Part shown: positions 1 to 12,561 of the stretch, one piece after another
How positions within the stretch are numbered: position 1 is the stretch's first letter
Layout: every line of letters starts with the position of its first letter
DNA from: Mobula hypostoma
Taxonomy: Eukaryota
Assembly (NCBI RefSeq): GCF_963921235.1
Contig: NC_086118.1
Location: 23,066,001 to 23,130,000 of the forward strand
Reading direction: 5' to 3'
Length of the DNA: 64,000 bases
Program-made: the position numbers and the translations under genes
The notes under the pieces: model-generated
What the model was told of the DNA's origin: nothing
Databases searched by the model: none
What the model saw: the letters and a program-made list of their open reading frames with translations, nothing else

Positions 1-347
1 AGTTTTACTTACATTTAACACATAAAAACTTAGGTAGGTAACTTAGTTTCCAGGGTTTTCTCCACTATTTCAATATAATCACAGGTGATCCTTTACCTCT
101 CATTCACTTTTCCACCTGATCCTCTTTATCCCTTTATTGTGAAAAGGCTGAATGATCTCAAGCTTAAAGATATTCAATGACTTAGCGCCCACATCCCTCA
201 GTGGCATGGAATTGCTCAGATTTGTAACTCTGATGAATGAAATGTCTTCACCTTAGTCCACAGAGGCACTTTATAACTTATTCTAAGCTGTCAGAGCTTT
301 CAAGCCTGTTAACATCTATCTCGTCAAACACAATTGTATGTTTCTAT

Positions 348-1245
348 TGTTACGTACCCCGTAACTGGGTTGCCAAACCAGCAGAAATGGATCACTCAGT
401 TGGAGTCTGGATTACTAGAACTAAGGAAGTTTTATTAAAGAAACAAGCAACACAGTACTCTAATCAAAAGGATAATAAATGCAACAGTTCAGCAATGATA
501 AACACACATGTACACAGAATTAGGATAACAGGATCAATCAAGCTCTATCGTCGTCTAGGGGTAAATGACCAGTTTTAAAGTGATGTAAAGTTCAGTTCAA
601 TTGAATTCAGTTCAGTTCGCAGTAATCACTGCCATGGGAGATGGACGGTGGGGGGGAAGGAGAGAGAGAGCAAAACGAATGACTATTCAAATGGCTTCCA
701 CACAGACCTTCGATATTCTTTGCAGTCAGCTTTCGGGCGAGCCCTTTGTGATGTCTTCTGAGGTCACCGACCGTGACCCCTCCGTTTCCAGATACGATCG
801 TTTCTCTGCAGTGGCACCCAGGCAAGGGCGGACGCACACACTAGGTTCCTGCCGATCGTGCCTTTCCACCCTGTGCGTCTATGGCTTGGTCCCGCGACCA
901 GCCTTCCAAAACTTCCCACCGACCTGTGGGAGACGCACCGCTTCCAGGGTCTCGTTACCTTGGGGTGTCGTGTGTGTCTTGCCTCAGCAAACCTGTCCCT
1001 TTTTATCCCCCTGCTGGGGTATCGCCTGTCCATCACTTCAAACAGTTCAGGGTTCAAAGGGGGAGCCGAGCTTGACAGCTCTCCTTCCGTTAAACTCTCC
1101 CGTCCCTTCATTAACATCTCCAAATGCTGCTCCATTGTTTTCCTTATCTCTCTTTCTCCTGAAGACAGGTGGCAGACCAACTTCTGATCCCACTGGTGCC
1201 AGCACAGGCCAGCTAACATCTTAATCTATGTGTATTCTCGTCACA
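348..1245 (-). mobile_element. Solo LTR (898 bp)
   Basis: Starts TGTTACG and ends CGTCACA (imperfect terminal inverted repeat, TG...CA). Identical 4-bp flanks CTAT at 344-347 and 1246-1249 form a TSD. TTTATT near 431 and TTTTTATCCC near 1000 give a poly(A) signal and a TATA-like box on the minus strand. Confidence 0.88.
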
Positions 1246-1701
1246 CTATGATATCACTCTATTCTACTAAACCCATGAGCATATACTCTAATACTATTGA
1301 ATGTCTCTCCTTAGGACAACCAATTCATTCCAGAAACCAATCACACATTACTGAGAGTAAGACACTTGGAATGATGAAATAGTAAATACTCTGTGTAATG
1401 GGAAATTTTTATCACATCTGTCACATAACAAGAGCTCTCTCATTTCTTCAAATTGTCAAAATGCTCATTCACATCTGTCCCATTAACAGAACAAAGTTTA
1501 TTGAAAACAAGACCATATTACCAAGGGCATAGAAAACTTGCTACAAAAATAATAGACAGGGAAATGAGGATGGAGGGGATGGTTTCTCATTTAGAAATAT
1601 GATAGCAGAACAACAAGAAAATAATTCTGGTCACAAGTCTCAAGAAAAATGGTAGAGGTAAAGAGCATTCATTATCTAAACTTGCCATGACATTAAAGTC
1701 T

Positions 1702-2320
1702 GGCCATGGTCCAGTGACAGTACTTTTGCCTCTATTTTATGTATAATCGCTGAACCATCAGGACATAATTTAGGGCAATACTTCAATGCAAATCTGATGG
1801 AACTCTTGCTTCACTGAAACAACGCATGATATGATTGTACTTGTTTTCCCAGCTGGCTGTAAAATAACCCCAGACACACTCAATTGAATTGAATTGACTT
1901 TATTTCTTACATCCTTCACATACTTGAGGAGTAAAAATCTTTACATTATGTCTCTGTCTCAATGTGCAATGTGCAGATTATAGTAATTTGTAATATATAG
2001 TATGTACAGTAAGTTATATAACAGCCAATATAACTTAGAAGTACAATTGTGTCAGCGTGAATTAACCAGTCTGATGGCGTGGTGGAAGAAGCTATCCTGG
2101 AGCCTGTTGGTCCTGGCTTTAACGCTTAAGGAAGAGCAGGGATGTCCTCTGCTGTCTTGGCAGACTTATAGCCCTTAGCTAATATAATTTCAACAAAATA
2201 TCTGGATTCTATTATTGCTGTTGTAGGAGTTCAGAGTATAAATTGATGCTTGCATTTCTTACGTTACAATTACTGTACTGTACTTAAGACGTACTTCATT
2301 AGCTTAAAATGAATCTTAGG
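1702..2320 (+). mobile_element. Ancient Deu-domain-like SINE (SacSINE1/AmnSINE-type), interrupted by a LINE tail
   Basis: 2130-2310 (GGAAGAGCAGGG...ATTGCTGTTGTAGGAG...TTACGTTACAA...GTACTTCATTAGCT) resembles the Deu domain and its 3' tail. A degenerate tRNA-like head lies near 1702. Recognised by eye. Confidence 0.5.
1883..2122 (-). mobile_element. Rex1/Babar-type LINE 3' end
   Basis: (AATTG)n tail at 1883-1896. The 3' UTR and end of ORF (GGTGGAAGAAGCTATCCTGGAGCCTG) match the other Rex1 ends in the window. Confidence 0.65.
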
Positions 2321-2497
2321 GTAGTACAGTATACAGTAATGTATGTGTACTTTGATAACAAATAAGTTTACTTTACTTTTAACTCCTGTTTTAGCAAGGA
2401 CCTATCACCTGAATAGGTCTCTGGAGGGTGCAATCTCTTTGACTCTTCACACGGCTTGGATCACCTGGACAATAAAAATACTTATGTCACGATACCA

Positions 2498-4930
2498 TTT
2501 ATTGACTACAGCTCAGCATTTAACAAAATCATTCCTACAGTTCTGATCAAGAGGCTCCAGGAGCTGGGCCTCTGTACCTCCTTCTGCAACTGGATGCTCA
2601 ACTTCCTAAACTGAAGACCGCAATCTGTGCAGATCTGAAATAACCTTGCCACCTCGCGGACAATCAACACTAGTGCACCTCAGGGTACGTGCTTAGCTCA
2701 TGCTTTACTCTTTCTACACCCATGCCATTGTTACGTACACGCAACCCTGGGGAAAATACTGGTTACATGCACGCAACACTGTAAAAGTATCAGCAGCAAT
2801 AGAACACACCTGGAGTCTGTTTTTGATGTTAAAATCCACTATCTTTATTAGTGACTACTAAATATAGTAACTTAACCCGGTAGTCAAAAGTTAGCAGTGT
2901 TATGCATATATATGTGTATAGATGAAGTTCCCAAACTTATTCAAGCTCAGGTGGCAAGAGTTAAAGTCTTACAATGGTATGTAAGAAATTTCAGTTCAAT
3001 CCTCAGGTTAATTAATGCGAGATATTTGTAATCCAAAGGCAAATGTTGTGAGAAGGCAATTACTTTGATATTCCACAGATTCCATGACAGCAATATAAAA
3101 TAACAATAGCAGTAGGTTTTATCTCCGAAGTTGTTCCATTCCACACACGAAGTATCACCGACAGCGATCTTCAACGAATATCCTTTCAACACAAGTGGTA
3201 GCACACCCGAATTCAGCTACGGGACATCCCAAATTGGTGGCCACAGGATACTCAAACAGAATCCACATATAGGTTATCACCAACAGCAGCCTATCACAAA
3301 GAGGACCCTCTTCCAGGGAAAACTACCACCCAGGCAAGGGTAGACACACCGGTACATTCCACAAGGTTACCCCAACTACACAACATGATAGCCACTTATC
3401 CAGTTCCACGACATATGAAATAACTCCAACAGTGATTTGCCACGGAGGTGCCTTCTTCAGTGAACTACCACACCCAGACAAAGGGTAAATACATGCACGT
3501 GGTATTCACAAAGGTTTTCTCCTCACCAGAGAACCCACTCCTGTGGATTAACTAAGTGACAATCACACTTTCAGATTCGAATGGAATCAAACTCACCCTT
3601 ACGGGCTACTTAGAAGAGAGTTCAAACAGTGATCTCCTTATCACTAGGTTTCTTCTGTTTCAAACCTTTCTCTCCCTTCCTCTTTCTCTGCAAACTTCTT
3701 CTAGTTGCAGTACTTTGTGAGAGCCATTTATCAATACTCTAGATCGATCTCAACTCACCCCTTTTGGGCGACTGAAAGTTTAAACCAGCAACCCCACTCA
3801 CTGGTGTCTTTCATTGATCGAAACCATCTAGACTCTGAGCATGTGTCTCTCTATGTGTGTCTGTGACAGGATCATCTGGCCTTGCTTATTCAAAACAAGC
3901 CGCGAGAAACCATAAACATTCATTGTCCATCAAACAATTCCATCATAGTAACCAAGCAATTTTGTAGTCAGTAGAAATCCAACAGTGTCCAAAAGTCAGT
4001 CTCATTCTCTCAGTGTTTTAAAGTGACAGCCCACAGAAAAAATGAACCCTAGAGGTATATAACACCATCCATAAATTTGCTGACGATACAACTACTGTTG
4101 GAAGATTTTCAGATAATGATGATAAGAAGGCGTACAGGAGTCAGATATATCAACTAGGTGAGTGGTGGCACAGCAACGACCAAAGAACTAATTATGGACT
4201 TCAGAAAGGGTAAGATGAGGGAACACACAACTGTCCTCATAGAGGGATCAGAAGTGGAGAGAGTGAGCAATTTCAAGTTGCTGGGTGTCAATATCTCTGA
4301 GAACCTAACTGGGACCCAACATGTCAATGCAGCTACAAAGAAGGCACGACAGCAGCTATATTTCATTAGGAGTTTGAGGAGATTTGGTACGTGACCAAAG
4401 GCAATTGTACCATGGATAGCATTCTAACTGGCTGCATCACCATCTGGTAAGGGTGGGGGAGGGGCTACTACGCAGGATTGAAATAAGCTGCAGGGAGTTG
4501 CAAATTTAGTCAGCTCAATCAAGGGCACTGCCCTCTGTAGTACCCAGGTCATCTTCAAGGAGTGATGCCTCAAGAAGGCGGCATCCATCATTAAGGACCC
4601 CACCCCTCACCCCATCACCTAGATCATGCCTTGTTCTCAATGTTACCACCAGGGAGGAGGTACAGAAGCTTGGAGGTACACACTGATCGATTCAGAAACA
4701 GCTTCTTTCCCTCTGCCAACTAATTTCTGAATGGGCATTGAACTCATCAACACAACCTCACTACTTTTTTGTTTCTATTTTTGTACTACTTATTCAATTT
4801 AACTACTTAATACATATATACTTACTGTAATTCATGTTTTTTTTCTATTATTACGTATTGTACTGTATTGCTGCCGCAAAGACGAATTTCATGACATATG
4901 CCAGTGATATTAAACCTGTTTCTGATCCTG
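2498..4930 (+). mobile_element. Rex1/Babar-type LINE RT fragment, split by a solo LTR
   Basis: RT motifs DYSSAFN, (G)APQG and KFADDTT (4073-4095). ORF 4158-4394 reads TKELIMDFRK...VERVSNFKLLGVNISENL...KKARQQLYFIRSLRRFG. Tail near 4910-4930. Confidence 0.85.
2729..4064 (-). mobile_element. Solo LTR (1336 bp) nested in the Rex1 LINE
   Basis: Termini TGTTACG...TATAACA with 4-bp TSD CCAT (2725-2728 and 4065-4068). Removing it rejoins the LINE RT. Internal duplicated blocks AACTACCAC(A)CCCAG.CAA.GGGTA occur at about 3321 and 3463. Confidence 0.85.
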
Positions 4931-5391
4931 ACTTTATTTTGGGAGACTGGAGTTCCTACTGGCTTTTCTCATTTAGTAACATGGTACTTTTTATTTGAAT
5001 ATAATGAAAGATTCACATTTGACAAGAGCTGTGGTTTATGATCAAACACCACCATCATTCATCTAATTGAAGATCTTATCTGTAGTCATTTGTTTTCTAT
5101 GAAATTAAATTTGAGAGGTCTATGGTAGTGTGATCTCACGTTGAAAGGGTTCATAGCCTTCTGTCATTTTCCATAAACTGCTGCCACTGAAGAGGAGGAG
5201 TAAATGTGTACAGTGTAAATACGAAATGGTGCTTGAAACCAACTAAGCAACTATTGAGTTTTATTAAGCAATGCAAAAACTACTACATTCATCTGAGAAT
5301 GAACCAGTAGTAGCAGTGACCTGAACATTTACAGCAGTTTTGGTGGAGTATGTTATTTGAAACTAGAAATTATTGAATCTATTTGGAAATA

Positions 5392-5854
5392 CAATACAGT
5401 GCAAAAGTCTTAGGAACACATATATAGCTAGGCTGCCTGAGACTTTTGCACAGAACTATGCTCGTCAACGTGAAGCAGAGAGCAAGTTTGTAAATCTAGT
5501 GGGAGCAAAGGACGTTGGGAATGGTGATAGTGGACCATCTTGGGAAGGGTGTGGGACAGGTGACAGAGAAGGAGTACCAGAGGCAGGGGCTGGCACAGAT
5601 TCAGAGACACCCAGCCCTGAGACAGCAGGCAAGGTCTCACTGGTGCTTCCTGCTCCCTCCCCTCCCCCTGCCCCTGTTCCCAACCATGATTCCTTTCTCC
5701 CTGTCCCCTTCGCACTTTCAGTCCACAACACAGACTCTTCAGATTCAGATTTATCATCTCTCATATGTCATAAAATTTGTTTTTTTTTGAGGCAGCAGTA
5801 CAATACACTACATCAAATTACTACAGTACTGTGCAAAATTCTTAGGCTCCATAG

Positions 5855-5900
<46 letters not shown>

Positions 5901-5916
5901 CTTTTGCACAATACTG
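5392..5916. mobile_element. Two short palindromic Tc1/mariner-like MITE units (5392-5458, 5824-5916) in inverted arrangement
   Basis: Each unit has terminal inverted repeats like CAGTACTGTGCAAAA...TTTTGCACAGTACTG. The second unit is flanked by TA on both sides. Confidence 0.6.
5856..5898. repeat. (TA)n microsatellite
   Basis: Perfect TA run inside the MITE unit. Confidence 0.97.
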
Positions 5917-6698
5917 TATGCTCTTCTGTTTGTCAGCTTACTCCTTCATTCTAGCTACTTCTGTAATCAGAAATAAATGGCAAAGAAATTGCTATCTTTC
6001 ACACAAAAACCTTTTGAATATAGTCTTTTGATGTCTGCTCTTATACCATAACTTTTTTCTTTGCAATGTGCTACTTAATTTGAAAAGAATGTGTAAAACA
6101 ATTACGAAAAATTCCAGAAAGATAAACACATTAGGCACAAATTTTCTAAGGTATGTATGAAATGCATTACTGCTTTATAATTTACATATTTGAAGAAGCA
6201 GCTCTTTCAAAAGAGAGAAAACATCAACAAATGTCGGTCAGAAATGGAATTTTATCAGGAGATCTCCATTCATTTCCCTCATGTTTAGTCTCAGCTAGAC
6301 TACCTGTAAACTTTGCAACAATAATTACGTGTACAAAAATAGCTGATTAATTTCACAGATAATAAATATTTCAATTGGATATTGTAGGCAAATACTACAA
6401 TTCTAAAACATATCCAATGGTAACAATTTATTAAATATAAAATTGAAATCCATCTAAGATGAAAAAGAAAAATATAATACAAAATGATCTACATTTATTG
6501 TTATTAAAGTATATTTTGCCACCACACATCTCTATCTATAACATATAGATTAGTTTATAATACAATGTTGTGGATAGTGGAAATCTGAAAGAAAGCAGAA
6601 ATGCTGTCAGTTGACAGCTGAAGAAAGAAAATGGTGACGGAAGATCATCAATCTGTTTTTCTCTGCCTAACTACCACCTGACATGCTGAGTATTTACT

Positions 6699-8195
6699 CA
6701 CCCAAGAGATTCTGCCGATGCTGAAAATCCAGAGCAACGCACAAAATGCTGCAGAAACTCATCAGCTCAGGAGGAGAATGAACAGCTGACATTTCAGGTC
6801 AAGCCCCTTCATCAGGACTGGATAGGAAGAGGGAATAAGCCAGAAAAAGAAGGTTGAGGGAGGGAATAGTGTAAAAGCTGGCGGGTGATAGGTGAAAGCA
6901 AGTCGGGGGAAGACGGGTGGGTAGGGGAGAGAAGGATGAAGAGAGAAGCTGGGAGGTGATAGGTGGAAAAGATAAAGGGCTGAAGAAAGAATCTGACAAG
7001 AGAGGAGACTGGACCATGGTAGAAAGGGAAGGAGGAGGGGTACCAAAGGGAGGAAAGGGAGGTGATAGGCAGGTGAGGAGAAGGGAAGGGATAAAAAGAA
7101 GGTAGAATGGGGAATGGAAATTGTGGGGGGGGGGGGGTTGAGATTACCAGAAATTAGGGAAATCAATGTTCATGCCATCAAATTTGAGGCTACTAAAGCA
7201 GAATATGAGGTGTTGTTCCTTCAGCCTGAGAGTGGCCTCATTACAGCAGTAGAGGAAGATATGGATCAACATGTTGGAACAGGAATGGAAAGTGGAATTA
7301 AAATGGATGGTCACCAGGAAATCTCCGCAACTTCAGCCATCAACAGGCTCCTACTACTAATCACATCTTTCCCTCCCCTGTCTCTCTGCTTTCCACAGGG
7401 ATCGTTTTCTCCATGACTCCCTTGTCCACGAGTCACTCCCCAAAGGACTCCCTCCTGACAATTATCTCTGCAAGAGGACAAGGGCTAGATCTACCCCACA
7501 CCTCCTCCCTTGCTACCATTCCAGGCTCCAGACAGTCCTTCCAGGAGAGGAAATATTTCACCTGCGAGTCTGTTGTCATCTACTGCATCTGGTGCTCCTG
7601 GTGCAATATAGGTTTGGAGACCTCTTCATTGAGCGCCCTTGATTTGTCTACCACACATTTCAATTCCACTTCCCATTCCCGTTTGGACATGTCAGTCCAT
7701 GTTCTCCTCTGTTGCCACAATGAGACCACTCACAGGTGGAAGAGTAACGCCTGATAATCCACCTGGCTAGTCACCAATATAACAGCACAAACATTGATTT
7801 CTCTAACCTGAATATTTTTGCCCTCTTCCTTCTCACTCTTCTATCTTTTCCATTCTCCATTCTGCCCCTGTTTTAACCCCTTCCGTTCTCCATCACCTCC
7901 CTTTGGTGAGCCTTGTCCTTCCTTTTCTCCCATGACCTATCAGATTCTTTCTTCTTCAGCCCTTAACCTTTTCCACCTTCTTACTTTCTCTTTTCGGACC
8001 AACCACCAATCTTCTCCTCACCTGGCTTCAACTATCACCTGCCAGCTTGTACGCCTTCTCCTCCCCCACCTTCTTATTCTGGCTTTTATCCCACATCCTT
8101 TCCAGTCCCGATGAATAGTCTCAGCCCAAAATGTTGACTGTTTATTCCCCTCCATATACATTGCCTGACCTGCTGTGTCCCTCCAGCATTGCACT
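6699..8195. mobile_element. Penelope-like retroelement with inverted arms
   Basis: 6699-7320 is the reverse complement of the 7640-8195-type terminal region. A GIY-YIG endonuclease remnant FTCESVVIYCIWCSWC lies in ORF 7413-7754. Hammerhead-like motifs occur at both ends. Confidence 0.8.
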
Positions 8196-8626
8196 ATTTA
8201 CTGTTCTATAATTCCAAATGTACAACTTAATATCCACGTATTATTTTAATAGAAATTTAAAGGCTCTTCAGATTTACTGGCCTTACAATTGTTTCATTCT
8301 TGGTTAGAAGCTCACAGCTGGATGCAGTTTTATCAAGTTCCGAAACTTTTATCGAGTATTGATTACAACAGATTATTTACTTGAAGTAGTTCAGGTAATT
8401 TGAGACTTTACTTTTTATATGCTTTGTGTCTCTGATGTTTTGAACAAGCTAAACTGGTTAGGAAGCTCCTCATACCCAGCTCCAATACCACCTTTCATAT
8501 GGCATTGTGTCAGATCTGTCAAATGAGTAATATTTTTCCAATGGCACGCAACCAAAGTGAGCCAAAGGTGACAATGCATTTATAATATCTCACTTGCTTA
8601 GCTAGGTGTATATTACCTCTATAAAT

Positions 8627-8829
8627 AGAGTTTATAGAACGGGACACAATATGGCGAAGTGGGGTTTAAAGACCAGCGAATCCTGTGAGTGTGGCGAAAG
8701 AGTGCAGAACATTGAACACGTTCTGCGCAACTGCCCACTCTCACCTGATTTAGCTGACACTGACCTGCTCAACATCAACCAAACAACACTAAAGTGGCTG
8801 GCTGTCTGGTGTGACAAGCTATGATGATG
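8627..8829 (+). mobile_element. 5'-truncated Vingi/Ingi-like LINE 3' end
   Basis: Open frame KWGLKTSESCECGERVQNIEHVLRNCP (C-terminal CCHC knuckle) ends in a (TGA)n tail. Perfect 12-bp TSD ACCTCTATAAAT at 8615-8626 and 8830-8841. Confidence 0.8.
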
Positions 8830-9199
8830 ACCTCTATAAATCCTTGCAAATGATACAATTTATTCAAATCCATTGATTACTCAGTCATTGGTTCAAGAAT
8901 CAGACTGACAGTAAGGAGCAAAACGAGATGGTTGAATGAAGCTTAAGAGTTAAGTTTAAGAAAATCTTCTTGCAGTTCCAATTTATTTCTCTGTTTTTTA
9001 ATTTCTTCTTTCATCGCTGAACCATGATTTCTCACTGAATTCATTTTATTAGCAACCCCCTTATATGTTTTTAATACATTATCATTCAATGGATATCTTA
9101 CCCAAACGTTTTATGGCCCAAGGTACATGCTAAGATCAGTATAAACCACATCACCGCAGAATTAAACCATTAAAGAGTATATATTTCTTTCCGTGGTTT

Positions 9200-9545
9200 A
9201 GATGTTGAGTACAGATATTTGAAGGGAGGGAAGAGATTGGGATTATTTGCCCCCTAGCAAAGGAGGCTGACAGATTGATAAAATTCTGAGGCTGCCGATG
9301 GGTAGATAGTCAGTCTTTTCTCCCGGGTAGGGGAGTCTACAACTAAAGAGTTTAAGGTGAAAGGAGAAATATTTAAGGGCGATCTGAAGGGTAGGTTTTT
9401 CAACAGAGAAGGCGTTGGGTATATGGAATGAGTTGTCAAAGGAGGTGGTAGAGGCAGGTATAAAACCAACTTTAAAAAAATGTACAGGTGCATGGAAAGA
9501 TTTCAAAGGATATGGGCCAAACATGGGCAAATTTGATTAACTTAG
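9200..9545 (+). mobile_element. CR1 LINE 3' fragment (its 3' UTR resumes at about 10258-10310)
   Basis: Encodes a degenerate RFF.QR...IWNELSKEVVEAG C-terminus, followed by the 3' UTR. Confidence 0.7.
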
Positions 9546-9552
9546 ATTCCGT

Positions 9553-10257
9553 TAGACCATAAGATACAGGAGCCGAATTCGGCCATTTAGTCCATCGAGT
9601 CTGCCCCGCCATTTTATCATTGCTGATCCATTTCCCCTCTTAGCCCCAATCACCTGCCTTCTCCCTGTATCCCTTCATGCCCTGACTAATCAAGAATCTA
9701 TCAGTCTCTGCCTAATATATACCCAATGACTTGACCTCCACAGCCACTTGTGGTAATGAATTCCACAGATTCACCACTCTCTGGCTAAAGAAATTCCTCC
9801 TCATCATTCTAAGAGGACATCTCTCTATTCTGAGGCTGTGTTCTCTGGTCTTAGACTTCCCTACCATTGGAAATATCCTCTCCACATCAATTCTACTGAA
9901 GCCTTTCAACATTTGATAGGTTTCAATGAGGTCACCCCTCGTTCTTTTACATTCCAATGAGTACAGGCCCAGAGCCATCAAACGCTTTTCATATGACAAG
10001 CTTTTCAATCCCAGAATCATTTTTTTGTACCTCCTTTGAATGTCATCAAATCCTTTCTTAGGTAAGGGGCCCAATATTGCTCACAATACTTCAAATGAGG
10101 CCTCACTAGTACTTTATAAAGCTTCAAAATTGCATCCTTGCTTTTACATTCTAGTCCTCTTGAAATGAATGCTAAAATCGCATTTGCCTTCTTCACCACG
10201 GACTCAACCTACAGATTAACCTTTAGGTAATCCTGTACATGGACCCCCAGATCCCTT
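9553..10257 (-). mobile_element. CR1 LINE 3' fragment
   Basis: ORFs 10017-10199 (KKANAILAFISRG...LYKVLVRPHLKYC) and 9712-10074 (RGDLIETY...FFSQRVVNLWNSLP). Confidence 0.9.
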
Positions 10258-11710
10258 GGTAAGCATGGATAACTTGGGCCAAGGGTCCCTTTCCATGTTA
10301 TATACCTTTATTAGTCTCTGAACTGAAAGCTTCAATTTATTATCCAAGTATTAGTTATCTATGTAGCCTCAATGTTTTCAATTAAATATACTTTTGTAAA
10401 TTTAGAAACAATGAGGTTTATAGAGAAACTGACAATGAGGTTATATGACAGTTCTATATTTATAACTGAGGAAATAGATATGAGCTCGTGTATACATGTA
10501 AGGGGAATATGAAGAACAATGTGGGCATTCAATAACATGGCATAAATTGCAGAGCCAAATTTTTTTCTCTTGCTAAATAGTTTTGTTGGTTCTAGGTGGA
10601 TTATTAAACTGGATTTACATGGTAATAGTGCTCCATTGAATAACTTTGCCTGAAACTGTAACAGATATGCTCCTCTTCCAGTTTCATGTTTGGCACTTTC
10701 ACAATAATGGCACAGTTGAGCTGAGGTCACTAATAAGGCAATAAGCTGTGTCTTGTTGCTTCTGTGAGGCCAAGAATTTTGGCAGCTCCACTATTGAGCT
10801 AATTGGCAGACCAAGCACTTGGGAAATGTCTAGAATTTAATGCAAAACTGGAGAGACTGGAGGGAAAGGAATGTTGGGTGGTTGATGGAACAGATCAGAC
10901 AGATGTAAGTAGTGTGGGGAGTAGGAGCTCTCAAGTGGGCTGGAAATAGGCTAATTTGTAAGGTCACAATAACTATTTCTAATGCTCCAGAAGGCATAAA
11001 TATAAAACTGAAAATTTTCTGAGCATTTTTGAGTACCGTAGTCCCTGCATGTTCTGTGAATATTCAAGGTTGAATAAAAGACAATGCTCAATCTATTTCA
11101 TATCAGAGTTTGATTAGCAGAATACCAATATCCCAGATTTACAGATGTAAACAGTTTTCACCCCCTTTGAGTGGTGGATAATTAATCCATTTATAATCCC
11201 AAATGAACATCTACAATATTGAACGGGTTGCTGAAGTGCCCTTTGTCAATGTTATATTGTACTTTTTCTCAGTTGATATTATCAAAACAAGAAATTATAT
11301 CTTCCCAATCAGTAAAAAATGTGACTTAAGTGTTACATTTCTGTTCAGAACTCCGGACAGTAAGCCAGTAAACTCACCTAGAACTTAATGATATCCTATT
11401 CCCTACTAGACATCAGAGGCAAACAGTAGGAGCATTCAGGTTGACAGAGTGAAGAATGGACTGATTGGTATTTACAGCTCCTGAAGAAAGGTAATTTCTG
11501 AACCTCTGCTATCAGAACAAAATTATTTTTTGCCAACTTTACTAACTACTGAGAATGAATTGAATAATGAAGGAATTGGAAAAAATGTAGCAAATCTACC
11601 TTGGTTACATCATAAACACGAGGAAATCTGCAGATGCTGGAATTTCAAGCAGCACACATAAAAGTTGCTGATGAATGCAACAGGCCAGGCAGCATCTATA
11701 GGAAGAGGTA

Positions 11711-11748
11711 CGGTCGACGTTTCAGGCCGAGACACTTCGTCAGGACTA
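11711..11748 (-). ncRNA. Minimal type I hammerhead ribozyme motif of a Penelope-like element
   Basis: Minus strand reads tagtc-CUGACGA-A-gtg-tctcgg-cct-GAAAC-GUC-gaccg. The core boxes and GUC cleavage triplet are retained; stems I and II carry mismatches. Confidence 0.65.
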
Positions 11749-12306
11749 ACTGAAAGAAGAGCTAGTAAAAGATTTGAAAGCGGGAGGGAGAGATGGAGCC
11801 AAGAGCTGGACAGTTGATTGGCAAAAAGGATATGAGAGGATCATGGGACAGGAGGCCTAGAGAGATAGAAAAGGGGGGTGGGCCTCCTCTACTGTAAAGA
11901 TGAAGCCACACTCAGGTTGGAGAAACAACACCTTATATTCCGTCTGGGTAGCCTCCAACCTGATGGCATGAACATTGACTTCTCAAACTTCCGCTAATGC
12001 CCCACCTCCCCCTCGTACCCCATCCATTATTTATTTATATACACACATTCTTTTTCTCTCTCTCTTTTTTCTCCCTCTGTCCCCCTCACTATACCCCTTG
12101 TCCATCCTCTGGTTTTTCCCCCCCTCCACCTTTTCTTTCTCCCTAGGCCTCCTGTCCCATGATCCTCTCATATCCTTTTGGCCTATCACCTGCCCAGCTC
12201 TTGGCTCCATTCCTCCCCCTCCTGTCTTCTCCTTTCATTTCAGATCTCCCCCTCCCCCTCCCCCTCCCCCTCCCATTTTCAAATCTCTTACTAGCTCTTT
12301 TTCAGT

Positions 12307-12344
12307 TGGTCCTGACGAAGGGTCTCGGCCCAAAACATCGACTG
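12307..12344 (+). ncRNA. Degenerate hammerhead ribozyme motif
   Basis: Reads tggtc-CUGACGA-A-ggg-tctcgg-ccc-AAAAC-AUC-gactg. Stem II is intact; GAAA and GUC were lost through two CpG-type G>A transitions. Confidence 0.55.
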
Positions 12345-12500
12345 TACCTCTTCCTAGAGATGCTGCCTGGCCTGCTGCATTCTCCAGCAACTTTGATGTG
12401 TGTTGCTTGGTTACATCATACTTGGAACGTTGTGTATGATTCTAGTCAATGTTATAAAAAGGTGCACAGGGAGGAAAAAGGTGCCAAAAAATATCTTTCC

Positions 12501-12504
<4 letters not shown>

Positions 12505-12557
<53 letters not shown>
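12505..12557. repeat. (GA)n microsatellite
   Basis: Perfect GA run. Confidence 0.97.

Positions 12558-12561
<4 letters not shown>

Larger units (their letters stand above)
11615..12405. mobile_element. Penelope-like element with inverted terminal arms
   Basis: 11615-11880 is an inverted copy of the 12110-12405 region. Includes a GIY-YIG C-terminal remnant (RLEKQHLIFRLGSLQPDGMN). Flanked by the 15-bp direct repeat CTTGGTTACATCATA (11600-11614 and 12406-12420). Confidence 0.85.

Noticed and set aside
601..1224. 207-aa ORF and overlapping ORFs
   Set aside because: They lie wholly within a solo LTR and have no recognisable domain.
5373..5900. 175-aa ORF
   Set aside because: It runs across MITE, LINE-tail and microsatellite sequence.
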